Shown: positions 7,852 through 15,439 of the stretch, piece after piece
How the letters are laid out: the number at the start of each line of letters is the position of its first letter
How positions within the stretch are numbered: the first letter of the stretch is position 1
DNA from: a virus
Taxonomy: Duplodnaviria; Caudoviricetes
Strand: one strand, 5' to 3'
IMG/VR virus record: IMGVR_UViG_3300017913_002066
Span: 1-51,932 of that record
DNA length: 51,932 nucleotides
The notes under the pieces: generated by a model
What the model saw: the letters and a program-made list of their open reading frames with translations, nothing else
The model's database searches: none
Told to the model about the DNA's origin: nothing
Program-made: the position numbers and the translations under genes

Positions 7852-8232
7852 ATGAAGAAAGTAAGTATTACAATCAATCCAGGACTTGGAACATTTGACA
7901 CAGACGTTGCTCTGCTCGACGAAATGTATAACAGAGCTGCTAACACAGATACAGCCGCTTTGGATACAGCAATCCAGACAGCAACACAAAACGGCGACAT
8001 TTGGATGCGTACATCGGATCTAACATCTACTAACGATGGCGTAATTTTTACATTTATACTAGACAGTGCAGACGCTTTGGCTTCCTTTAACACAAACATC
8101 AAGCCAAAACTTGAAGCAGGTTTGAATATTATGAATGCTACATATGGTTGGACAGAAGAAGATATGACATTTGATCAGTTCAGCACCTATGCTGCTGCGA
8201 ACAACGAAACGAACTTTACAGGCGCTTCATAA
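7852..8232 (+). CDS. small acidic A/T/D/N-rich protein, possible virion protein
   Basis: Perfect SD GGAGG, late promoter motif, 126 aa, no Cys or His; composition unlike the neighbouring enzymes. Confidence 0.7.
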   Translation: MKKVSITINPGLGTFDTDVALLDEMYNRAANTDTAALDTAIQTATQNGDIWMRTSDLTSTNDGVIFTFILDSADALASFNTNIKPKLEAGLNIMNATYGWTEEDMTFDQFSTYAAANNETNFTGAS

Positions 8233-9049
8233 GTTCTTCTACAGTTAGTTCATAAGTACCATTAAACACACTGAGCTCTTGCATTATGTCAAGAGCTTTT
8301 TCATTTAAAGCATCTGTAACACTTTCCCAACCTGTGTATTTTTCCCTATGATTTACATTATAGATACGATGCTTACTAGTACGAGTGCTTAGTTTTCCTG
8401 GCATTTGATTATTAATTAGTTTCTGCACTATAGGATCATGCGTAAATGCTTTTACCATTTCGCTTGTATATCTAAGAAAATCAGGTGTGCCGTCTATGTC
8501 ATTCAGTCTATACCAATTGTTGTAAGAATTTACACGCTCTGTTTCTTGCCAACGCCATTCGCCATAGTAGTTTTTAAAGTAGGGTTCGCCGTTTGCCATT
8601 ATCACTGTATCATCAAATAATGTCAGCCCTTTCATTACAGGAATCATTTGATGTGCATAACATTTTGCTTCTCTTGCGATATGTTCGTATTCTCCGCTAT
8701 CTATGAGCTGTCCAACATCAACAGTCTTAATAATAGGATCTATCTTGTTTAGGACGCAATACTGCAAAGCATATTTTATGTCATGTTTGTTGAGATGATC
8801 AGCATATTCTATGATACCAATATTAAAATCTACACCAGCTTCTTGGAAAGTTCGGATCATAAATTGACTATCAATACCTCCACTAAATAGAAGTGTAATG
8901 GGTCCTTTTGCTTGTTCTTGTATAATTTGGGCTGCACGAATAGATTCGTCTTTCCAAGTTCCAAAACTTTTGCATGTGGGCTTTAACTTTACGTTCCAGT
9001 CAGCACCGTGGCCTTCGAATGTAATATAATTGAGATGTGATAAATGCAT
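8216..9049 (-). CDS. PP-loop N-type ATP pyrophosphatase (asparagine-synthetase C-domain-like)
   Basis: ITLLFSGGIDSQ PP-loop; VIMANGEP; no N-terminal glutaminase domain. Start reassigned to ATG 9049. Confidence 0.7.
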   Translation of the reverse strand: MHLSHLNYITFEGHGADWNVKLKPTCKSFGTWKDESIRAAQIIQEQAKGPITLLFSGGIDSQFMIRTFQEAGVDFNIGIIEYADHLNKHDIKYALQYCVLNKIDPIIKTVDVGQLIDSGEYEHIAREAKCYAHQMIPVMKGLTLFDDTVIMANGEPYFKNYYGEWRWQETERVNSYNNWYRLNDIDGTPDFLRYTSEMVKAFTHDPIVQKLINNQMPGKLSTRTSKHRIYNVNHREKYTGWESVTDALNEKALDIMQELSVFNGTYELTVEELMKRL

Positions 9050-9715
9050 AACTTTGAACCTATAGATTTTGATTTTGATCAACAAGTTCTTTACAACGAC
9101 TTATTAGACTTTGGTATTTTTAACCGAAGCAAACTTGCTACAGTTATTTACACTGAAGGCCGTAGCAAGTATGACAAAGACGGCGTGTTTGATGATTATG
9201 AAGATGTTGTGCATTATAACGAAGATGGCGAGCTACAAGAGAAAGACTATAATACCTTTGTCACATATAACTTTACACACATACCAGGTATAGAAGAAAC
9301 ATACAACAGCAGTTTTGTAGATACACCAGAAGGCAGACGTCCAGTGTGGCATGTGTATGATCAAGCCTGGCAGTGGAAAGAAAATACTCCTGATAGCATA
9401 ATACAAACTGTAGATAGATTAGGCTTGTCATATGTAAGTTGTGTCAGACTTGTAGGACAAAATCCTCCTAGCAAAGGTATAGTGCATGTAGATAGTGCAT
9501 ACAGAGACAATCTAAAATATTTTAGAAACGGTGGAACAAGCATTACACTTAATGTATCTGATGGCGGAGGACATTTGGAATACATAGAAGGCAAAGAAGT
9601 GCATACAGTAGATGAGTCTAAACATAAAAGTTGGTTTTTCAACGATGCACTACAGCATAGAACAACGGAAATATTTTCACCTAGAATACAGATAAGGGTA
9701 TTTGGACACAAATGA
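9044..9715 (+). CDS. Fe(II)/2OG-type oxygenase (DSBH)
   Basis: VRLV...GIVHVD...ITLNV...FFNDALQH...RIQIRVFG. Confidence 0.7.
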   Translation: MHNFEPIDFDFDQQVLYNDLLDFGIFNRSKLATVIYTEGRSKYDKDGVFDDYEDVVHYNEDGELQEKDYNTFVTYNFTHIPGIEETYNSSFVDTPEGRRPVWHVYDQAWQWKENTPDSIIQTVDRLGLSYVSCVRLVGQNPPSKGIVHVDSAYRDNLKYFRNGGTSITLNVSDGGGHLEYIEGKEVHTVDESKHKSWFFNDALQHRTTEIFSPRIQIRVFGHK

Positions 9716-10428
9716 CAGATTGGCGTGACCTTGTTTTTTCACCTTTAGATTTGCCAGATCCACCTAGTGTAGATATGGATGATTTCCTAGCCTGGCATAC
9801 AAAACAAAAACAGTTTATGTTAGAGCATAATCCTAATATGGTGAATAGTAATGCAATATACGGTGGATACTCTTGGCATGTAAGTTGGGCTATATGGTGG
9901 AATACATATAAAAATGCCGACCCTTGGATCAGTGACTTTGATAAAACTTTTCCGCAACTTGTAGAATACATTAACCTATTTCCTTTCAAAACAGTTAAAA
10001 GCATTAGCTTCCTTAATCAAAAAGGAGGTAAAAAAGTAGAACCACATAGTGATCCTGACAGCATGTGGGGCATGAGATTCTATCTAAAAAATAAGATAGA
10101 CGATGCACTATATTTTTCAAGGACTAAAGAGCCTCTCAATCACAGGATTGCAACTATGGAAGATGATGAAGGTAATCCTTTAACTGAACAGAAGAATCAT
10201 TTAGATTTTTGTAGAGATGAAAAAATATATGCAAAGTTTCCAAAAAAAGAATGTGCATGGATGCTTAACAGTCATAGAGCATGGCACGGTGTAGATACAA
10301 ATAATCTAGCTACAGGCAGTAGGATAGTATGCACAATTATAGGTGATTATGATAAAGAAAAACTTTATCAATTGTTTGAAAACAGCACTATAAAATATCA
10401 AGACAAACAAATATGGTGGCACGAATGA
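9712..10428 (+). CDS. Fe(II)/2OG-type oxygenase (DSBH)
   Basis: VEPHSD...RFY...WMLNSHRAWHGV...RIV. Confidence 0.7.
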   Translation: MTDWRDLVFSPLDLPDPPSVDMDDFLAWHTKQKQFMLEHNPNMVNSNAIYGGYSWHVSWAIWWNTYKNADPWISDFDKTFPQLVEYINLFPFKTVKSISFLNQKGGKKVEPHSDPDSMWGMRFYLKNKIDDALYFSRTKEPLNHRIATMEDDEGNPLTEQKNHLDFCRDEKIYAKFPKKECAWMLNSHRAWHGVDTNNLATGSRIVCTIIGDYDKEKLYQLFENSTIKYQDKQIWWHE

Positions 10429-11042
10429 AAGTATTATATTCTCCTATAGATTTACCAGACTTTCAATTAGACATTGAAAAATTTTTAGAATGGCATACTA
10501 ATAAAAAGCGCAGAGCATTAGACAATATAGGGTATGATAAAAATGAATTTAGGTCACCTTGGTTGCTTAGTTTTGCTTATAAGGAAGAATTAGGATGGTG
10601 TGATGAATTCTTATCTATTGCTCCAGACTTTAAAGACATTATAGACCAAGCACCATTTAAAAAATTAACATACATAAACTTTCTAGAACAAAAGATTCCT
10701 TGCCAAGAACATCAAGACTGGACAAGTCGTGGTCCAGAAACAGGGATGCCTGACACATATAAGGCATTTATATTTTATGATCAACCTTTAATGTATATGA
10801 AAAAAGGACGTACAAAACAAGAGTTACAATCAGAAAAACATTACATACACCATCCATTAGATAAAACAAGATGGTTTGGGCTAAACAATTATGACGGATT
10901 CCATGCTGGAGAAATTCCTCCTGAAGGAGTACGTAAAATTATAATGACTATAAAAGGTAAAATTGATTTAGACAAACATAAAATAATTATTGACAGAAGT
11001 GTCAAAAAATATAAAGATTATTTGATTACATTAGATATATAA
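10425..11042 (+). CDS. Fe(II)/2OG-type oxygenase (DSBH), paralog of 9712-10428
   Basis: EHQD...WFGLNNYDGFHAG...RKII. N-terminal YSPIDLPD...FLEWHT matches FSPLDLPD...FLAWHT. ATG at 10425 in an ATGA overlap. Confidence 0.7.
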   Translation: MKVLYSPIDLPDFQLDIEKFLEWHTNKKRRALDNIGYDKNEFRSPWLLSFAYKEELGWCDEFLSIAPDFKDIIDQAPFKKLTYINFLEQKIPCQEHQDWTSRGPETGMPDTYKAFIFYDQPLMYMKKGRTKQELQSEKHYIHHPLDKTRWFGLNNYDGFHAGEIPPEGVRKIIMTIKGKIDLDKHKIIIDRSVKKYKDYLITLDI

Positions 11043-12457
11043 TCGTGTATCCTTTTTGCTTTTACTTTTTTCATCTGATCCCACGGCAATTTATGTGTAT
11101 ATCCGCCGTGGTTGGCATAATGTTCTGCTATATCTACACCCATTGAACTAGTGCTTCCACAATTCCATCCTGCAATTTTTTGATGAACTGTATCATCTAT
11201 ATTTAATTTTGTACCTAACCTGAATGCTTGATTACTGTTCATGTATTCATTTTTCCAAAGTAATCTAACTCTATTCCGCTTTTTTCCTACAATAGTGTAT
11301 CCGTATTTTTCAGGGTCCTTGTCAATGGGTGAAAGATAAATTTGATGTTCGTCATTATGGATTGCTAGAGGATGATAATTCCAATTATCAATAGCAGGAT
11401 CAGCAATAATCTTCTCTCTAGTTTCTAAAACCATATCTATAGTTTCATGCGGCAAACCTATAATTATGTTAATACTATTTTTAACTTGTCCGTTACTCTT
11501 ATTTTTAAGTTCAGTTATAGATTCTAATACCGTTTCAACATCATGACCTTTGTTAATTGCTTTTCTTGTTTGCCTATTGTATGATTCTATACCAATACTA
11601 GTTCCCCTAAGTCCTGCTTCTATAAGCAAGGGAATTTGATCAGGCCATCTTACTAAGAGTTCTGGCTTTATGTAAGTATCAAAGTTTATTTTAAATGGTA
11701 GTGATGTAGTTATATCATGCATAAGTTCTAGTTTATACATACTATCATTAAATGTATCATCTAAAAACAAATACTGTTGTGTTCCAAATTGTTCATAATT
11801 TCTTATGAACTCTTCTTTCATATCCTCTTTAGCTCTTATATAGTCAAATTTCTTTTTTCCGTTATGGGGGAAATTACAAAACGCACATTGAAAAATACAT
11901 CCTCTAGCAACTTCAAAAGGCAAAGCATCGCTTGCAGTTAAACCATCAGACTCTTTCCATCTTATTGGAATGTTAGAAAGATCTTTCTTATCATACATGA
12001 TATTACTAGGAATAGTAATGCCGCCGTTTTTTGATATAAAATGTTTTACTTCTGTGCCTTTATATAGATGATCGCTTAGTGCAACAACAGCGTCATCTGC
12101 ATATCCTGAAATCTCTATGTCAAAAAAACTAGGCGCAAAGTGTCCTGTCTTAGGGCCGCCGATTACAAATTTAGTATTATACCTTGCTTTAAGGTCTTCC
12201 CAAAATTCATAATCACCTTTTTGAAGTATCTCAGTACCGCCAAAAAATGTTGTACTAAATCCTACCCATAATGTTTCAGGTCCTACATACTTTTCAAATA
12301 TTTTTTCTATATGGTCTTGTGTTAGATGATACCAAAAATCTACAACTGTACAACTATAACCTGCTGTTTCTAGAGCTGTTCTGATCCTATATGCGCCAGC
12401 AGGCCTATGATATGAATCGTTATATTCGATTCCAGTAAAAATTAAAATTTGACTCAT
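11018..12457 (-). CDS. B12-binding-domain radical SAM protein (class B-like)
   Basis: N-terminal RPAGAYRI...L...GY...VVDF...VGFSTTF...VIGGP cobalamin domain; FEVARGCIFQCAFC (CxxxCxxC); DDTFN; GIES; IIGLPHET. Confidence 0.88.
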   Translation of the reverse strand: MSQILIFTGIEYNDSYHRPAGAYRIRTALETAGYSCTVVDFWYHLTQDHIEKIFEKYVGPETLWVGFSTTFFGGTEILQKGDYEFWEDLKARYNTKFVIGGPKTGHFAPSFFDIEISGYADDAVVALSDHLYKGTEVKHFISKNGGITIPSNIMYDKKDLSNIPIRWKESDGLTASDALPFEVARGCIFQCAFCNFPHNGKKKFDYIRAKEDMKEEFIRNYEQFGTQQYLFLDDTFNDSMYKLELMHDITTSLPFKINFDTYIKPELLVRWPDQIPLLIEAGLRGTSIGIESYNRQTRKAINKGHDVETVLESITELKNKSNGQVKNSINIIIGLPHETIDMVLETREKIIADPAIDNWNYHPLAIHNDEHQIYLSPIDKDPEKYGYTIVGKKRNRVRLLWKNEYMNSNQAFRLGTKLNIDDTVHQKIAGWNCGSTSSMGVDIAEHYANHGGYTHKLPWDQMKKVKAKRIHDYISNVIK

Positions 12458-13209
12458 TATGATTTGACTAGTTTAATTATCCATGCGCTAGGATCTAATT
12501 CCCACCACTTATGCTGAAAGTTCCATCTGCCTGGTTTAGCATGATGATTATTGTGCCACCCTTCGCCCCAAGTAACTAAAGCCAGCCACCAAGTGTTGCG
12601 ACTGTCTTCTTTAGTTTCATAATTTCTATAACCCCACATATGGTTAATGTAGTTGCTTAACACACTAATCCAAATTTGAATGCCCATAGGAATAATGCCT
12701 GCAAACACTAAAACATTTGCACCTCCTAGTGCATATAATAGCACAAGCCATGCAAGGAGTATAGCATAGTAATAATTATGCAGGACTAGATGAAACTTGT
12801 CTGTAATGAGTCTCCTTACAGACCATTTGTTCATTTCAAATTCGTATTTAGGAATAAGCACATTCCAAAGACCAAGATGAGGACTGTGAGGATCTCCATC
12901 CTTGTCTGCGTTTTTATGATGATCATTATGTATTGCTACCCATCCTATACTACTACCTGTACCTCCTATTGCTCCAAAAAAGCTAAACAAGTATTCCATC
13001 CACTTATATCTAAATTCGAAAGACCTATGAGTAAGATATCTGTGGAATGTAATAGTAATACCTAAGCATCCTGTAAGGAAATACACACCTATACTTAAAG
13101 CCCACCAAGATAAACTAGGTGCGTTGAATAACATATACACAATAAGAATTGTTGCTACTGCTTGTATGTAAGGAAAATATGTAGTATTTGCTCTAAAAAC
13201 GTCTTTCAT
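12457..13209 (-). CDS. membrane fatty-acid desaturase (delta-9 / OLE1-DesC-like)
   Basis: His boxes HRYLTH, HNDHH and HNNHH; GDPHSP; HMWGYRNY; GEGWHNNHH; WWELDP; transmembrane stretches. Start reassigned to ATG 13209. Confidence 0.92.
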   Translation of the reverse strand: MKDVFRANTTYFPYIQAVATILIVYMLFNAPSLSWWALSIGVYFLTGCLGITITFHRYLTHRSFEFRYKWMEYLFSFFGAIGGTGSSIGWVAIHNDHHKNADKDGDPHSPHLGLWNVLIPKYEFEMNKWSVRRLITDKFHLVLHNYYYAILLAWLVLLYALGGANVLVFAGIIPMGIQIWISVLSNYINHMWGYRNYETKEDSRNTWWLALVTWGEGWHNNHHAKPGRWNFQHKWWELDPSAWIIKLVKS

Positions 13210-13252
13210 GAAAATATTTATCTTAGTACATGCGCAGCTAAATATTTTCATG
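13207..13252. promoter_or_regulatory. divergent late-promoter cassette: perfect 14-bp inverted repeat (TAAATATTTTCATG on each strand)
   Basis: catgaaaatattta (13207-13220) and taaatattttcatg (13239-13252). Each arm is TAAATA-TTTTC-ATG and ends in the start codon of a divergent gene. Confidence 0.8.
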
Positions 13253-13924
13253 CTAGACAAAGTCCTACAAATACCACATCTTGATTTAGGTTTTCAATTT
13301 GACGTTGAAAGAATGCTTGCTGATGTAGAGCAAATTGACGAATACTATGCCTATCAGACTATCTATCATAGTGCGCAAGAAAAATATGCTAAAGTATGGA
13401 GTGGTGCAGGTCTAACTAGCATGGACGGAACTGTTGATCATGGTATGACTGAAGGAAGCAGTATAGGATTTGTAGTAGGTGAGAGCACTTTTAAAAGGAC
13501 ACCATTAGCAGACAAATGTCCATATTTGATGGAGGTATTAGAGACACTTAACTGTACAGAAGATAGAAGCAGAGTAATGCGTATTGCGCCTAAAGGAAGT
13601 TTAACATGGCACAGTCATGTAATACATAACAATCAGGACAAACAGAGACTAGTAGTACAAATACCAATAGTAGTTCCAAAGGGATTTAAGTATAGCGTTG
13701 TGCATATCAAAGATTATTCAAAAATTGCTAGAGGACATGATGCAAAAACATATGACATGACTTATACTCCTGGAAGAGCATATTTGTTTAATTGCTTTCA
13801 CCCTCATAATGTTTTTAATCCATCGGAAGAATATAGGATTACTCTTATGACCTATATGGATTATTATAGGAATAGAGATATAATAGAATCTGCACTAGAC
13901 AAATACGAAGGACCCTACTTATAA
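13250..13924 (+). CDS. aspartyl/asparaginyl beta-hydroxylase-like DSBH protein (HxH variant)
   Basis: CPYLMEVL...RSRVMRIAPKGSLTWHSH...QIPIV...GRAYLFN...HNVFN...RITL. Confidence 0.8.
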   Translation: MLDKVLQIPHLDLGFQFDVERMLADVEQIDEYYAYQTIYHSAQEKYAKVWSGAGLTSMDGTVDHGMTEGSSIGFVVGESTFKRTPLADKCPYLMEVLETLNCTEDRSRVMRIAPKGSLTWHSHVIHNNQDKQRLVVQIPIVVPKGFKYSVVHIKDYSKIARGHDAKTYDMTYTPGRAYLFNCFHPHNVFNPSEEYRITLMTYMDYYRNRDIIESALDKYEGPYL

Positions 13925-14482
13925 TTTAAGTTCAGCAACCGTTTGTTTAGTATATTGTATCACTTTAGGCTCATCGTACCAAGTTAGGTTTTGATATATT
14001 TGTCTAGGGCCGCCAAACGTACTTGCCTTCCCCTCACTTATCCTACGTAAGAAATTAACAAGACGATGATTGTACTCATTAAAAGTAAACCACACCTTGT
14101 CGTAGCCTAATTCTTTGTAATATTCTATATGTTCAGGAAAAATATAGCGAGCTTGACACCAATATCCGCCGCCTCTATAATCAGGATGGGTAAATGTCCT
14201 TACACCAATAATAGGAACACCTTCGTATATGTAGCTACCACTCATTGCAATAGGATTGCCTTTACTGTTAGATACAACTGAAAATAGATCATAACGCTTT
14301 GCTACACATAATGTATGCATTAGCGTGTGTTTTTTGTTTCGCCAGTCTATGATATCATAGTTTTCTGAAGCAGGTTCTTTTAAATCATATGCAATGCTAG
14401 AAAGTTTTTCTACTTTTTTAAGGATCTCTGTAGGTAAATGATGAAAATCAAAAGTATCTACTGTAAAATTATGTATATTCAT
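13919..14482 (-). CDS. GNAT N-acyltransferase
   Basis: IAMSGSY...GVRTFTHPDYRGGG (motif A)...GYDKVWFTFNEYN. Confidence 0.7.
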   Translation of the reverse strand: MNIHNFTVDTFDFHHLPTEILKKVEKLSSIAYDLKEPASENYDIIDWRNKKHTLMHTLCVAKRYDLFSVVSNSKGNPIAMSGSYIYEGVPIIGVRTFTHPDYRGGGYWCQARYIFPEHIEYYKELGYDKVWFTFNEYNHRLVNFLRRISEGKASTFGGPRQIYQNLTWYDEPKVIQYTKQTVAELKL

Positions 14483-14859
14483 ATTATTTTATACGCCCAG
14501 AATATGTTGTCTCTAGTGTTAGGTACCCATTTGTGCAGAACATTTGTTTGTAGTGTCATTGGCTTATCAATTAATATTTTTTGTGTTTCGTATTGTATAG
14601 TAGTGCTACCTTTTATAGGAACTATAAACAATCCCCATATTTTTGGCGCTTTGTGCCAATCTACTTCAAATACTAATCTACTTACTAGATGTTTATCATC
14701 TGGCAAATGAAGCCAGGCTCTATCTTCTATAAGTGTATTATTGTGTTCTGCTATTAACCATTTTTTAAACAGTGTATCTAAATCTTGTTTAGTTGGTGCG
14801 GCCGGGGGATTCGAACCACCGTAGGTGCTAATGCTACCATCTGAGTTACGATCAGACAC
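14479..14859 (-). CDS. small DSBH/cupin oxygenase-like protein with HxA motif; N-terminus encoded within the tRNA-like element
   Basis: WHKA...FIVPIKG...PMTLQTNVLHKW aligns with the HxD...NIPV.G...PTLINV..IH of neighbouring oxygenases. No in-frame ATG near the start; GTG 14859 has GGAG 9 nt upstream and overlaps the upstream TGA (GTGTCTGA). Confidence 0.6.
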   Translation of the reverse strand: MSDRNSDGSISTYGGSNPPAAPTKQDLDTLFKKWLIAEHNNTLIEDRAWLHLPDDKHLVSRLVFEVDWHKAPKIWGLFIVPIKGSTTIQYETQKILIDKPMTLQTNVLHKWVPNTRDNIFWAYKII

Positions 14860-14884
14860 GTTTGACCACTCCGTCACGAGCCGC
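14794..14884 (-). tRNA. atypical or degenerate tRNA-Tyr(GTA)-like element
   Basis: Minus strand GCGGCTCG-TG-ACGGAGTGGTCAAACGT-G-TCTGA-TCGTAAC-TCAGA-TGGTAGCATTAGCACCTAC-GGTGGTTCGAATCCCC-CGGCCGC-A-CCA. It has a D-loop GG, a perfect 5-bp anticodon stem, a long variable arm, a TTCGAAT T-loop, G1-C72, A73 and encoded CCA. Anomalies: C at position 33 and bulges in the acceptor and T stems. Confidence 0.75.
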
Positions 14885-15439
14885 AATTCTATTTAACAGA
14901 TGTTCGGCAATGAGTTTATTACCTTTGGCTGTAACACCATTTGGTCCTTCTGCAAAATCACATTGATTAAATCTAGCAATAGTCATTGGAATTTTATCTG
15001 CATTAGATACTTTTAACCAATCAGGAAATGGATGGCTTGGATCAATACAATTTATTACAAATGTATTTGTGTCTTTACAAAATTTGTCTATTTGTAATGC
15101 AGCACCATATAATCTCGCTCGCTCAAGTTCTATATCTCTCATTTGTTCAACATACATAGTGTGTAAAGGGATTTCACTATCTTGTAATCCTCTAGTAGAA
15201 CTTGCATCGAAATCATAATCTCTGTTGGGTGCATATATTAGCCTACTCTGACTATGAAAAACAATAGCAATGTCAGGCTTTGTTTTTTTAAGGCTTAGCA
15301 ATGCACGCTCTTCAGAGCCCATGCGCACTCCAGTAGATACTATTTTTGCATTTATTTCGTTTGCAACTATATCTATAAAACTATCTTTACCTCTATAAGC
15401 ACACGTACTATGTCCATAAAATCCTAAACGAAGTTGCAT
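14852..15439 (-). CDS. SGNH/GDSL-hydrolase-like protein (non-canonical catalytic motifs)
   Basis: LGFYGHSTCA (GDS block I variant), GVRMGSE, PDIAIVFHS, and C-terminal PNGVTAKGNKLIAEHL (block V without the His). Confidence 0.55.
   Translation of the reverse strand: MQLRLGFYGHSTCAYRGKDSFIDIVANEINAKIVSTGVRMGSEERALLSLKKTKPDIAIVFHSQSRLIYAPNRDYDFDASSTRGLQDSEIPLHTMYVEQMRDIELERARLYGAALQIDKFCKDTNTFVINCIDPSHPFPDWLKVSNADKIPMTIARFNQCDFAEGPNGVTAKGNKLIAEHLLNRIAARDGVVKRV
14890..14895 (-). promoter_or_regulatory. putative late promoter core positioned at the tRNA 5' end
   Basis: TAAATA-GAATT-G(14884): the same 5-nt spacing as the leaderless ATGs; lies inside the upstream CDS. Confidence 0.55.

Noticed and set aside
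7813-7989. Long N-terminal extensions in the ORF track (also 9050-9085, 13210-13260, 13208-13249, 21686-21763, 26525-26557)
   Set aside because: They overlap divergent or upstream genes and promoter motifs. Internal ATGs with promoter or SD support fit the protein families better.
9025-9030. TATAAT as a sigma70 promoter for 9044
   Set aside because: There is no -35 match at 16-18 nt and no extended -10, so it is likely chance in AT-rich coding DNA.
14794-14884. Suppressor, Thr(CGT), selenocysteine tRNA or tmRNA reading of the element
   Set aside because: The perfect TCTGA/TCAGA stem centres GTA. Shifting to CGT breaks the stem. There is no TCA/CTA anticodon, and the CCA end precedes most of the ORF, unlike one-piece tmRNA.
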